Below, piece after piece: positions 45,122 to 55,234 of a stretch of DNA of 64,000 nt. The notes beneath the pieces are model-generated. The model did no database searches and was not told the origin of the DNA. It was given only the letters and a program-made list of their open reading frames with translations. How positions within the stretch are numbered: position 1 is the first letter of the stretch; each line of letters starts with the position of its first letter. The stretch comes from Patescibacteria group bacterium. Its GTDB lineage: Bacteria; Patescibacteriota; Saccharimonadia; Saccharimonadales; VXPC01. The DNA lies in NCBI GenBank assembly GCA_039028495.1, contig JBCCHY010000001.1:3528-67527 (forward strand), given 5' to 3'. The position numbers and the translations under genes are program-made.

Positions 45122-46507
45122 GTGGAAGCAGAAAACCTATGGCAGTCTGTGCTCGGAGAAATCGAGCTGAGCGTATCCAGAGCTAGCTATGTGACTTGGT
45201 TTAAAAACACTCGTCTGCTCCGCCGTAGCGAAGAAGAAATCGTCGTAGGTGTCCCAAATATATTCGCTAAGCAGCAGTTAGAAATGAAGTTTTCTGACCT
45301 GATAACAGACATTTTACGAAAGAACGGCGCTGACCCAGAAGTAGTTTCATTCAAAATACATACCCCGAAAAAAACTATGACTCACGCAAAGACCGAGGAC
45401 GAAGAGACAGTCCAAGTATCCTTTCCCGAAGAGTCCTCTCAGAGCAAGCCCACTAAGAAACCTCCTGCCATGACAGCCGATGTGTCACATGACTACCGCC
45501 AGGGACTAAATAGTAAATACACTTTCGAAAATTTTATATCTGGATCAGGCAATGAGCTAGCCTATGCTGCCTGCCAAGCAGTTGCTAACAAGCCTGGTGA
45601 GAAATATAACCCACTATTCATATACGGTGGAGTGGGTATAGGTAAAACCCATCTCATCCAGGCTGTCGGCAATGAGGTGCTGAAGAATAACCCAAAGGCC
45701 AAGGTTGTCTACGTCACTATCGAGCAGTTCGTGCAGGAATTTACTGACTCTATCAGACACAAAAAAGCTGGGGCATTCGCCCAACACTACCGTAATGTTG
45801 ATGTGTTAATAGTCGACGACATACAGTTCATCGCGAGCAAAGAAAAAACTCAGGAGGAGTTCTTCCATACCTTTAACGTCCTACATCAGGCTAACAAGCA
45901 GGTGATCATCAGCAGCGACAAGCCTCCCCACGCCATCCCAACACTCGAAGAGCGTCTCAGGAGCCGTTTCCAGATGGGAATGAGTATCGACATGCAAACA
46001 CCAGACTTTGAGACACGCTGCGCAATTCTGCAGCTCAAAAGTGACGACGTCGATATCAATATAGATCGTGAAAGCATCGAATTCCTGGCAAATAGTTTCC
46101 CGAGTAACATTCGTGAACTGGAAGGTGCTCTCAATCAACTAGTCGCGTTCTGTGAAATGAGGCAAATAGACGCTAATGTAGACATAGCCAAGCAGGTCTT
46201 TGCAAAGCTAGCCAGCCGCCCTAAACACATCTCGCCAAAACAAGTCGTCGAAAAAGTGGCTCGTTACTACCAAATCACTGTTGAGCAGATTGTCGGACCA
46301 AAACGAGACAAAGACATCGTTCTACCTCGCCAAGTAGCCATGTATCTACTGCGTAGTGAGCTGCACCTGAGTTTCCCTAGAATCGCCCAGGAGCTAGGCC
46401 GCAAGGACCACACCACGGCGATCCATTCAGTTGAAAAGATCGAACGAGAGTCAAAAGTAGACCTCATACTAGCTCAGCAGCTAGGGGAGATAAAGGATAC
46501 TCTATGA
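45122..46507 (+). CDS. dnaA: Chromosomal replication initiator protein DnaA
   Basis: 461 aa; AAA+ Walker A GGVGIGKTHL, Walker B VLIVDDIQF, C-terminal DNA-binding domain (LPRQVAMYLLRSELHLSFPRIAQELGRKDHTTAIH). Confidence 0.9.
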   Translation: MEAENLWQSVLGEIELSVSRASYVTWFKNTRLLRRSEEEIVVGVPNIFAKQQLEMKFSDLITDILRKNGADPEVVSFKIHTPKKTMTHAKTEDEETVQVSFPEESSQSKPTKKPPAMTADVSHDYRQGLNSKYTFENFISGSGNELAYAACQAVANKPGEKYNPLFIYGGVGIGKTHLIQAVGNEVLKNNPKAKVVYVTIEQFVQEFTDSIRHKKAGAFAQHYRNVDVLIVDDIQFIASKEKTQEEFFHTFNVLHQANKQVIISSDKPPHAIPTLEERLRSRFQMGMSIDMQTPDFETRCAILQLKSDDVDINIDRESIEFLANSFPSNIRELEGALNQLVAFCEMRQIDANVDIAKQVFAKLASRPKHISPKQVVEKVARYYQITVEQIVGPKRDKDIVLPRQVAMYLLRSELHLSFPRIAQELGRKDHTTAIHSVEKIERESKVDLILAQQLGEIKDTL

Positions 46508-46793
46508 TAAGCAACCAACAATATAGCGCTACGAATAGTCCACACACACAACATGGCGCGTCAGTAACTGAGGACAACCGTGCCCCTGCTTGTGCAGAAC
46601 TCTCAACGTACCCACATATTCAAAGAACAAGTGGTCTTGTAGGTCAAATAGACCCACAGCTTTTCCAGAACCGTACACTGATACTTACCCAGGCTTTTGC
46701 TCAAACAGAATTGGTTGATTTAACAGATATCATTGATGTTTTTTGCACAGAATCCACAGGACCTAAAACTATTACTACAAAGGAGATAAATAC
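46508..46793. promoter_or_regulatory. dnaA-dnaN intergenic region with several DnaA-box-like motifs and AT-rich stretch (candidate oriC)
   Basis: TAGTCCACAC, TACCCACATA, GACCCACAG, GAATCCACAG plus AT-rich TTTAACAGATATCATTGATGTTTTTTG; the 97-aa ORF called here is probably spurious. Confidence 0.45.
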
Positions 46794-47888
46794 ATGAATA
46801 TACAAGTTACTCAGGAAAACTTGTCACGTGCACTCAGCAATGTCTCGCGAGTAGCTACAAGCTCACGTGGTGCACTACCTATACTCTCGAACATTCTCAT
46901 CAAAACGACAGACGGAAGACTAACAATCTCTGCGACTAATCTAGAGATAGCAATAACAGAAGTTATCGGTGCAAAGGTCATGAGGGAGGGGTCTATTACA
47001 CTGCCCGCCAAACTTATTCAGGAATATGTCAGCTCTCTACCAAAAGGTACTGTCACGATGGAGCTCGAGGATCATAAACTCAAACTATCCTGCGGTGATT
47101 ACACATCGACGATCAACGGAACACTCGCAGATGACTACCCAGTGATTCCACAGGCAGGAGATAAACACATCTGGAAGATCAACTCAGCAGTACTCAAGAA
47201 AGCTCTGTCGCAGGTAGTATTTGCGGCTAGTTCAGATGATGCGCGTCCTGTACTAACGGGTGTATTGCTACACACTGTAGGTGAGGACGTCTTCTTCGCT
47301 GCTACAGACAGCTATAGGCTCTCAGAAAAGCGTGTTGGTACAAGCAAGAGTGAGATCAGTCTTCTTATCCCCGGTAGCTCGCTCAATGACCTACAGCGCA
47401 TCCTGAGTGATGATGAGGCAGATGTGTTTGTATACGGCGAAGGTGACCAGGTGGCCTTCAAAGTAGGTGATATAGAGCTGGTATCCAGACTGATAGAGGG
47501 TACGTATCCTGACTACCGCAAGCTACTACCTGCCAAATTTGAGAGCTCTGCCGAACTAGAGCGTAGTGAGTACGTGAGTGCAACAAAACTAGCTAGTCTC
47601 TTTGCCCGCGAAAGCGCTGGTGCAATCACTGTTAGCGTCAAACCTGACACAAAGTCTCTCAACATTCAGTCATCTGCCTCTCAGCTAGGTGAAAACTCTA
47701 CGTCACTCAGCGCCAGTGTAGAGGGTGATGGAGTGATATCTCTGAACTCTAGATTCTTACTAGACGGATTACAATCTCTAGAAGGTGACACGGTACAGAT
47801 GTCACTTAATGGTAAGCTCGATCCGTGTGTACTGCGGGCGCCTGAGCATGATGACTATCTACACATCATAATGCCCCTCAAGAGTTAA
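46794..47888 (+). CDS. dnaN: DNA polymerase III beta sliding clamp
   Basis: 364 aa; MNIQVTQENLSRALSNVSRVA...LPILSNILIKTTDGRLTISATNLEIAI typical DnaN N-domain. Confidence 0.88.
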   Translation: MNIQVTQENLSRALSNVSRVATSSRGALPILSNILIKTTDGRLTISATNLEIAITEVIGAKVMREGSITLPAKLIQEYVSSLPKGTVTMELEDHKLKLSCGDYTSTINGTLADDYPVIPQAGDKHIWKINSAVLKKALSQVVFAASSDDARPVLTGVLLHTVGEDVFFAATDSYRLSEKRVGTSKSEISLLIPGSSLNDLQRILSDDEADVFVYGEGDQVAFKVGDIELVSRLIEGTYPDYRKLLPAKFESSAELERSEYVSATKLASLFARESAGAITVSVKPDTKSLNIQSSASQLGENSTSLSASVEGDGVISLNSRFLLDGLQSLEGDTVQMSLNGKLDPCVLRAPEHDDYLHIIMPLKS

Positions 47889-47910
47889 GGAGAGAGGATA
47901 ATAACTCCCT

Positions 47911-48210
47911 TTAGAGTTTGTAGTAGAGACCAAAGGCACCGACGTGGGTCTCTGTGTTTGTACCAGTAACGGACGAATCAAATATGTCACAGGACAGGTC
48001 TTCTAGACAGTTAGTTATTGACTCATCCTCTACCTCTACTCTATATCCATAGGGCATGGTCTGAACACTATTGATGTTGTAGCCAGTCTCAATTTCTTTA
48101 CGGAGGTTTTTTGTGTAGTAGTCTTCAAACAGTAGATTTACGCCGTATAAACCTGCAGCTACCACTGATAGAACGATTAGTTTAGGTAGTAGCCGAATGA
48201 GAAGAAACAT
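47911..48210 (-). CDS. Small hypothetical membrane protein
   Basis: 99 aa, one N-terminal TM; co-oriented and abutting the downstream GT1 gene. Confidence 0.35.
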   Translation of the reverse strand: MFLLIRLLPKLIVLSVVAAGLYGVNLLFEDYYTKNLRKEIETGYNINSVQTMPYGYRVEVEDESITNCLEDLSCDIFDSSVTGTNTETHVGAFGLYYKL

Positions 48211-49340
48211 TACCCTAGGATCCTATCATAGACAGACTTTGTTTCTTTGGCCATTTTGGACCAAGAGTAGTTCTTCACTTGTTTCTTCCCATTTGCGACA
48301 AGCCTTTTTCGCAAAGCCTCATTACTTAACACTTCGTCTATAGCTGCGTACATCTCATCTGCGTTATTAGGGTCAAAGTAGTGAGCTGCATCTCCACATA
48401 TTTCTGGTAAACAAGTGGCGTTACTAGAGACAACAGGGCAGCCACAAACCATGGCCTCTAGATTCATGAGCCCGAAGCCTTCACTGGTGCTGGCTTGTAC
48501 GAATGCAGCGGCATTTGAGTATGCCCAGGACAGCTCTTCGTCAGACACAAAACCTAGAAAGTCTACACCGCTATAGCTATGTTCTTTGACAATACGTTTT
48601 AGCTTGTCCGTGTATTCATTAGGCTTACCTATGATGGCGAGGCGCAGGTCTTTGTGAATTATGCGTAATCTCTGCAGAGTCTTGATAATTTTCAGCTGAC
48701 CCTTGTACTTTGAGCTTTGGCCGACGTACATGAGGTACTTTTTACCCACGAGCTTCTTCACAGGTTTTGTCTTTTCAGGATTTACTTGTCCAGCGGTACC
48801 TTCGTGAGTTACAAATACTTTCTGGGGATCCACACCGGTGTAATCGATGAGATCTTTGGCGGTGTAATTCGTTGGAGCGATGAGCGCATCGTTTCTACGT
48901 GAGATAATGCGTAAGAACACCTTAAATATTAGACGCTTGAACTCGTAGTGCAGCACCCCACGGTTGTAGATGCGTAGATGTATGTAATTTAGGTCATGAA
49001 CGGTAGATACTTTTTTACCTCGGTAGAGGAGAGGTTGCTGAGGCATCCAGAAATGAACCAAGTCAGGCTTTAAGTCCCGTAATGTTCGCCACAAGGTCCA
49101 TTGCTCACGTAGCGTATAGTGAGGTGTGTCTAGGACATAGCTAGAAAAGTTTTTAGATGTTGGTGTCCACGAGTGAGCACCTTTGAAATCTTCACTATGA
49201 CCAATGATTATGTAGTCATCTTCTGAATCAATCTTCTCAAGCTCAGTCAGAAGCTCCCTAGCGTAGCGGCCAGTACTCGTGCGCATTTTGCGAGCATCAA
49301 TAACTATTTTCATAACTACTAGTATATATAGCCCCCGCAA
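48210..49340 (-). CDS. Glycosyltransferase family 1 (GT4-type)
   Basis: 376 aa; C-terminal STSEGFGLMNLEAMVCGCPVVSS (E-x7-E motif region of GT1 retaining transferases). Confidence 0.75.
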   Translation of the reverse strand: MRGLYILVVMKIVIDARKMRTSTGRYARELLTELEKIDSEDDYIIIGHSEDFKGAHSWTPTSKNFSSYVLDTPHYTLREQWTLWRTLRDLKPDLVHFWMPQQPLLYRGKKVSTVHDLNYIHLRIYNRGVLHYEFKRLIFKVFLRIISRRNDALIAPTNYTAKDLIDYTGVDPQKVFVTHEGTAGQVNPEKTKPVKKLVGKKYLMYVGQSSKYKGQLKIIKTLQRLRIIHKDLRLAIIGKPNEYTDKLKRIVKEHSYSGVDFLGFVSDEELSWAYSNAAAFVQASTSEGFGLMNLEAMVCGCPVVSSNATCLPEICGDAAHYFDPNNADEMYAAIDEVLSNEALRKRLVANGKKQVKNYSWSKMAKETKSVYDRILG

Positions 49341-49386
49341 AACAAATCCACCATGGTTTGCAAAAGTCCTATATAATTTGCCAGCA

Positions 49387-50211
49387 ATGATCTCCGGATA
49401 TATAGACAGGTTAAAAAAACGCTATAGATACTCGCTAGTACTGCTTAGAGAGCTCGTACGTACAGATTTCAAGCTGCGCTACCAGGATTCAGTACTAGGC
49501 TACATGTGGTCTCTGCTAAAGCCGCTATTTATGTTCCTCGTCCTCTACGTCATATTCGTGAGGTTTTTGAAAATTGGAAGCAATATTGAGAACTGGCCCG
49601 TGGCATTGTTCCTGGGACTAGTGTTATGGGAGTTTTTCAGCGAAGTAACAAAATATGGACTAAAGGCAATTGTTAACAAGAGAGGCATAATACGAAAGAT
49701 TAACTTCTCTAAATTCATAATTATGATCGCTAGCAGCATGTCGGCATTCATAAACCTGCTACTTAACATGATTGTTGTTGCTGTATTTATTATCTTTTCG
49801 GACGTTACAGTTACCTGGTCGATACTACTGGTGCCGTTTTTTGTCCTGCAGCTATATGCGTTTGCGCTCGGTGTGTCGCTGATACTGGCAACTATATATG
49901 TAAAGGCCCGGGATATAGATTTTATCTGGGAGATAGTCATGCGGGCGGGATTTTACGCATCAGCAGTCATGTTTCCGATGACGCGAATCCTTGATGTATC
50001 GGAACTCATGGGCAAGCTGCTACTTCTGAACCCAGTTGCGCAGACTATGCAGGACACCAGACATGCACTAGTTGAGAATATACCCTCGTCGAGCGAGTTA
50101 TTTGGTAACACATTGCTGGCAGCCACCCCAATCATTCTGTCTTTCGTAATCTTTTTCATCGGAGCTATCTATTTCAAAAAGAGAGCTCCGATGTTCGCGG
50201 AGGAGGTCTAG
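49387..50211 (+). CDS. ABC-2 type polysaccharide/teichoic-acid export permease (Wzm/TagG-like); ORF track start 49279 trimmed to MISGYIDRL
   Basis: 6 TM helices, pattern DFKLRYQDSVLGYMWSLLKPLFMFLVLYVIF typical of Wzm/TagG; paired with downstream ATPase. Confidence 0.65.
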   Translation: MISGYIDRLKKRYRYSLVLLRELVRTDFKLRYQDSVLGYMWSLLKPLFMFLVLYVIFVRFLKIGSNIENWPVALFLGLVLWEFFSEVTKYGLKAIVNKRGIIRKINFSKFIIMIASSMSAFINLLLNMIVVAVFIIFSDVTVTWSILLVPFFVLQLYAFALGVSLILATIYVKARDIDFIWEIVMRAGFYASAVMFPMTRILDVSELMGKLLLLNPVAQTMQDTRHALVENIPSSSELFGNTLLAATPIILSFVIFFIGAIYFKKRAPMFAEEV

Positions 50212-50214
50212 TAT

Positions 50215-50970
50215 ATGGCTAAACGACTATCGAAAAACGTCATGATCAGGGTTGAGGGTCTTCACAAAGAATTTGTCTTACCTAATCAGAAAAGTGACTC
50301 CATCAAAAAGCGGATTACCCAGATATTCAAAAAAAGAGATGGCGGTCATACGTATAACAAAGCGCTGGACGGCATAAGTTTTGATATTAACAGAGGTGAC
50401 TTTTTCGGAATTGTTGGTCGCAACGGTAGCGGTAAAAGTACGTTACTAAAAATAATATCTGAAATTTATCAGCCAACATCTGGGTCGGTGACCCGTAGAG
50501 GTAGTATCGTAGCCTTTATCGAGCTGGGCGTCGGATTTAACCCTCAGCTATCGGGTAGAGATAATGTTTATCTCAATGGGGCTATGCTAGGGTTTGATCG
50601 AGCTCAGGTAGATGAAATGTATGACGATATTGTGGCTTTCGCCGAGCTAGAAAAATTCATGGATCTGGAGCTTAAAAACTATTCATCGGGAATGCGTGTT
50701 AGGCTGGCTTTTTCGATAGCAATTCGCGCTGATGCGGATGTACTGGTTCTCGACGAAGTGCTAGCGGTCGGGGACAAGGCTTTCAGGGCAAAATGCTATA
50801 ACTACTTCCAAAACCTAAAAGACAACAACAAGACAATAATATTCGTAACCCACAGCATGCCTCAGGTAGAAAAGTACTGTAACAAAGCAATACTAATTGA
50901 AAACGGAAAGATAGCGCACGAGGGCAGCGCATCAGAGGTGGCTGAGAAATATCTAGAACTGTTTAGCTGA
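50215..50970 (+). CDS. ABC transporter ATP-binding protein (Wzt/TagH-like)
   Basis: 251 aa; Walker A GRNGSGKST, signature YSSGMRVRLAF, Walker B VLVLDE. Confidence 0.85.
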   Translation: MAKRLSKNVMIRVEGLHKEFVLPNQKSDSIKKRITQIFKKRDGGHTYNKALDGISFDINRGDFFGIVGRNGSGKSTLLKIISEIYQPTSGSVTRRGSIVAFIELGVGFNPQLSGRDNVYLNGAMLGFDRAQVDEMYDDIVAFAELEKFMDLELKNYSSGMRVRLAFSIAIRADADVLVLDEVLAVGDKAFRAKCYNYFQNLKDNNKTIIFVTHSMPQVEKYCNKAILIENGKIAHEGSASEVAEKYLELFS

Positions 50971-52694
50971 TGAGCAGGACGACCCTATATCTAGATTTTG
51001 TCGAGCCACTTGGTAGCGGTCGATTCAAAATAGAAGGATATCTAGGAGGAGGTGGTAGCGCTACCCTCAAAGACCTGCAGCTGATGGTTAATGGCAGTAA
51101 GCAGGATATAGAGTACGTAAAAAGAAACCAAGAACAAGAAGGCATTGATGGCCACAACCCACTACCTAAAACAACATTCACTGCAGAGATAGTCACTAAA
51201 GATAAAGCTGTTTTGGCAGCCAGCCTACAGGGCCGCAAGATTGCAATTAAGTGTAATAGATTTACGCGCCTCCCTAATCTACTCATTGCCTATAAAAAAA
51301 CGAATGGGCATTTGGTTGTCAGGACAGCTAAGTCAATCAGATTCATACGGTATAGCCGTCCTAAACATGCGTTTTTAGAGCTTCTGACAATACTGTCGGT
51401 TGCGTTCAACTGGCGGCTCGCAACAGCAGCTCAGCGTGTAAGCACGGCAAAGAGCAGAGGTCGCTCGGTGCTGAGTGAGGGGGCAAAGGGTGTTTTTGTG
51501 ACCCTCGAATCGATGCTCGAGATCCCCAGGGCTCTGCTGCTGAGACTTATGTATTGGACGTCTGAGTGGCGAAGCTCAGGGCGGGCGGTCTGGCTTTTTA
51601 GCGACAGGGTTACATCTGCAGGTGATAACGGTGAAGCTTTGTTCAGATACGCAGCAGCCCAAAAAGATCTGCCCGCTGACATATATTTTGTCATTTCTAG
51701 AAAAACACAAAGCTACAAAGAGCTACAGCAAATAGGCCGCGTTGTGGCCTACGGTAGCCTCAAGCACCTATTGGTTTTTCTGCGGGCACATATGGTTATT
51801 TCATCCCATGCAGATATAGAGGTGATTAATCCATTCTTGCGTCAGGCCGATAAATACCGGAATTTATTTCGGTTTAAATTCATTTTTCTGCAACACGGAG
51901 TGATACGTCATGACTTATCGTCATGGCTCAACCGCTATAACAGGAACATAGACCTGTTTATAACCAGCTCACAAGTAGAGTACGACTCCATTCTTTCGAA
52001 TCCGTATTACTACAGCTCTGACAGCGTGTTGCTCAGTGGACTGCCTAGACATGATAGTTATGAGAGTGCCCCAGACAAGACGCTTCTGATTATGCCGACC
52101 CATAGGGCCTATCTGCTCAAAGGTAGAGTCTTACGTAGCGGTGCAAGACCCTACAGCGAGAGCTTCAAAGACTCGCGCTATAGGAACTTTTATAACGATC
52201 TGATTAACGACCCTAAACTACACGCTGCACTTGATAGGAATGGTATGCGAGCTGAGTTTTATCTACATCCAGCCCTAGCAGCGCAGGAAAGAGACTTTAG
52301 TGGTAATAAGCACGTAGAGATCATGAGCTATCCTCATAGCTACAGGAGGGCGTATAAGCACGGGTCTATATTAGTTAGCGACCATTCTAGTGTTATCTTT
52401 GACTTTGTGTATCTGAGCAAACCTGTTCTTTACGCTCATTTTGACAATGAAGAGTTCTACGAAAACCACACCTATACAAAATCAGACTTCTTCGATGATG
52501 AGCGCGACGGGTTTGGACCAGTCTGTACTAGTTATGACGGCTTAGTCGGTGAGCTGATTAAGCAAATAGATGCAGGCTGCAAACTGAAAGGTGCATATAA
52601 AAAACGTGCAGGCAAATATTTTGCATATAAGGATAAGCACAATTCAAAAAGGGTCTATGATGCTATCATAGATAGAGCAAGACAACAGGGATAG
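50970..52694 (+). CDS. CDP-glycerol glycerophosphotransferase family protein (TagF/TagB-like)
   Basis: 574 aa; TagF-type C-terminal domain (HADIEVINPF...VSDHSSVIFDFVYLSKPVLYAHFD); start overlaps Wzt stop (TGATG). Confidence 0.7.
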   Translation: MSRTTLYLDFVEPLGSGRFKIEGYLGGGGSATLKDLQLMVNGSKQDIEYVKRNQEQEGIDGHNPLPKTTFTAEIVTKDKAVLAASLQGRKIAIKCNRFTRLPNLLIAYKKTNGHLVVRTAKSIRFIRYSRPKHAFLELLTILSVAFNWRLATAAQRVSTAKSRGRSVLSEGAKGVFVTLESMLEIPRALLLRLMYWTSEWRSSGRAVWLFSDRVTSAGDNGEALFRYAAAQKDLPADIYFVISRKTQSYKELQQIGRVVAYGSLKHLLVFLRAHMVISSHADIEVINPFLRQADKYRNLFRFKFIFLQHGVIRHDLSSWLNRYNRNIDLFITSSQVEYDSILSNPYYYSSDSVLLSGLPRHDSYESAPDKTLLIMPTHRAYLLKGRVLRSGARPYSESFKDSRYRNFYNDLINDPKLHAALDRNGMRAEFYLHPALAAQERDFSGNKHVEIMSYPHSYRRAYKHGSILVSDHSSVIFDFVYLSKPVLYAHFDNEEFYENHTYTKSDFFDDERDGFGPVCTSYDGLVGELIKQIDAGCKLKGAYKKRAGKYFAYKDKHNSKRVYDAIIDRARQQG

Positions 52695-52695
52695 C

Positions 52696-53565
52696 ATGAG
52701 CAAAAAAGTCAAAAAGCCAATAGTTGCTGTAGTGACTAGGACTAGAGACAGGCCACTTTTTTTAAAGAGAGCGATTAGTTCGATAGCCGAGCAGACGTTT
52801 ACAGACTATGTGCATGTCATAGTCAATGATGGAGGTGATAGAGAGACGCTCGAGAGCATTATTGGTGATTTAGACGCAGCTACTAGGGATAGAATCAGGC
52901 TTTTTCACAGAGATTCAGCCAGTCAGGGTCCAGACACAATATTTAGTGAGTCTGCTGATAGAGTCGACTCTGAATATATTGTCATGCATGACGATGATGA
53001 CACGTGGCACCCTGAGTTTCTAGAGCGTACACACGCAGTGCTTAAAACAGGCGCTGTAGGTGTTGCTGTACGGACAGACCGTGTCTATGAAAAGGCGACT
53101 GAGGACAAAATAGACATAAAATCAAAGATTAGGTATATGCCTGATGTGGACTCAATAAGTCTATACCGACAGTGCTACGAAAATCTCCTAACACCAATCC
53201 TATTTATATACTCCAGAGAAGTTTATGAAACCGTTGGTAAATATGATGACACCATGACCGTTGCAGGTGACTGGGAGTTCGGCATTCGCTTTTTGAGTAG
53301 GTATGACATTGAGTATTTGGATCCTGGCTTTGCACTAGCTAACTATCATCAGCGTGTAAATCGTCGTGACAATAGCTATGCCCAACACAGTCATAGACAG
53401 CAGATAACTAGAGTTACCAACAAATATCTCAGACGTGACCTAGAGAACGGCTCTCTGGGTCTCGGCTACATCATTAACAAGCTCCGCTATGATCATGACG
53501 ACAGAGTCAGACTCCTAAAAAAGCTGACGCCAAAGAGCCTCTACAGGAAGCTGCGAAGAAGATAG
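52696..53565 (+). CDS. Glycosyltransferase family 2
   Basis: 289 aa; PIVAVVTRTRDRPLFLKRAISSIAEQTFTDYVHVIVNDGGD (GT2 N-terminal DxD-containing fold). Confidence 0.7.
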   Translation: MSKKVKKPIVAVVTRTRDRPLFLKRAISSIAEQTFTDYVHVIVNDGGDRETLESIIGDLDAATRDRIRLFHRDSASQGPDTIFSESADRVDSEYIVMHDDDDTWHPEFLERTHAVLKTGAVGVAVRTDRVYEKATEDKIDIKSKIRYMPDVDSISLYRQCYENLLTPILFIYSREVYETVGKYDDTMTVAGDWEFGIRFLSRYDIEYLDPGFALANYHQRVNRRDNSYAQHSHRQQITRVTNKYLRRDLENGSLGLGYIINKLRYDHDDRVRLLKKLTPKSLYRKLRRR

Positions 53566-53568
53566 GTT

Positions 53569-55218
53569 ATGAGTAGCCGCATTAAAAAGATTGTTCTGCT
53601 GATCCTGAAACTAGCAGACATTATGCTAAGTTATCTCATGGTTCCTCTGCAGGTCCAAAAAGGCATTACTGCAGCCAGAAAGCTTGGCAGGAGAAAGGTC
53701 CTGGCCGCGCTGTTTGATGGCCAATTTAACGCATATGAAGAGATCAGCAGAAATACAGAGCTAATCATCTCTGCCCTTAAGAGAGCTAATATCGACCACA
53801 TAGTCTTCAAAAGACTAGACCAGACAGTGTCTATTGCCGTCATTGATTCTGCCGATAGGTCACTAGAAGCCGTTCAGGCGTTAGATCTAGAGGGTTATTA
53901 TTACGAAACGCATAGGGACAAGAACAACTCACGAATAGGCCGCCTGGCGAGTCGGTTACCAAAAAGGGTGGGTAGCATACGAGCAATCTCTTTTTACAGA
54001 CACTTAACAACAGATGGTGCTCGGGCTGTGAATGGTAAACCGTATCAGGTTACACTAGAGTTTTGGACTTCGTTTAAGCACTCAGGTAGTGGCACTGTGC
54101 AGCGTGTCATGGATGAATTCGGGATTAGCGACAAGCAGGCCCTCAAGGGAGCACTCATAGCTTCTATTGGAAATGATATCGCTCGCATATTTGCACCTGA
54201 CACCCAGAAGCGCTCAACCACAAAAATATATGGAAAAAATTATCCGACACTTCAGATTTTCAAAGAAAAGCTCCTAGCAGAAGTCACGTTCCCTATAGAT
54301 ATTGTGTATACATGGGTTGATGGGTCTGACCCGCTGTGGTTAGAAAAATACGAAGAACACCGCCGGCTAGAAGACCCAAACTACTCCAACAACTCCATGT
54401 CAAGGTACAGCGATCATGATGAGCTGAGACACTCCCTCAGATCAGCGGAGATGTACGCTCCGTGGGTGCGCAATATCTATATCGTAACCATGGGTCAGAG
54501 ACCTAAGTGGTTAAAGAAAAGCAGCGGCAAGGTCAAGATTATAGATCACAAGGATGTATTTACAGACCCTAGTGTGTTGCCTGTGTTTAACTCCCACGCT
54601 ATTGAGACACAGCTGCATCATATAGACGGTTTGAGCGAGCACTTTTTATACTTGAACGACGACATACTCTTTACAAACATGACGAGACCATCGGACTTCT
54701 TTTTTGCTAATGGTGTTGCGAGGGTGCAGCCGTCCTCTGCCCAGATAGGCACAGGCAATCCTGTACCGGGTGAGGTAGCTCCAAGCTCAGCCGGTAAAAA
54801 TGCCAGAAAACTGCTAAAAAAAGAACTCAGTGTATATATAACAGACAAGTTTCGGCACGTACCTCACCCACAAATAAAAACAGCATCACAGGATATAGAA
54901 AGGGTTTTTAGCAGACTTGTAGCATCTACTATGAAATCTCGATTCAGAGATCCTAGCGATATACCTTTCACGAGCATCTTGTCTCAAAGCTACCTCCTAG
55001 GTTCAGGTAAAGGAGTCCCGGCGCCCATTCACACAAGAACGATCAATATATCTGACAGAGGATCAGTAAAAGCACTACTTGATCTAGAAAGAGACCCTGA
55101 ATGCAAAACAGTCTGCATAAATGAAGGCACCGACAGAGTTGATAGGGACGTAATTACAGAAAGAATGAGCAGATATCTAGGAAGTAACTTTCCGTTTAAA
55201 TCCAGGTATGAGATATAG
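53569..55218 (+). CDS. Stealth-family protein (CR1-CR4), putative sugar-1-phosphate transferase, paralog 1
   Basis: 549 aa; CR1 FPIDIVYTWVDGSDPLW, CR2 ELRHSLRSAEMYAPWVRNIYIVTMGQRPKWL, CR3 HFLYLNDDILF. Confidence 0.75.
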   Translation: MSSRIKKIVLLILKLADIMLSYLMVPLQVQKGITAARKLGRRKVLAALFDGQFNAYEEISRNTELIISALKRANIDHIVFKRLDQTVSIAVIDSADRSLEAVQALDLEGYYYETHRDKNNSRIGRLASRLPKRVGSIRAISFYRHLTTDGARAVNGKPYQVTLEFWTSFKHSGSGTVQRVMDEFGISDKQALKGALIASIGNDIARIFAPDTQKRSTTKIYGKNYPTLQIFKEKLLAEVTFPIDIVYTWVDGSDPLWLEKYEEHRRLEDPNYSNNSMSRYSDHDELRHSLRSAEMYAPWVRNIYIVTMGQRPKWLKKSSGKVKIIDHKDVFTDPSVLPVFNSHAIETQLHHIDGLSEHFLYLNDDILFTNMTRPSDFFFANGVARVQPSSAQIGTGNPVPGEVAPSSAGKNARKLLKKELSVYITDKFRHVPHPQIKTASQDIERVFSRLVASTMKSRFRDPSDIPFTSILSQSYLLGSGKGVPAPIHTRTINISDRGSVKALLDLERDPECKTVCINEGTDRVDRDVITERMSRYLGSNFPFKSRYEI

Positions 55219-55234
55219 TATCTGACAACGCACA

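Noticed and set aside
46504-46797. 97-aa ORF between dnaA and dnaN
   Set aside because: Occupies the dnaA-dnaN spacer that carries DnaA-box-like motifs; no RBS; more plausibly non-coding oriC-type DNA.
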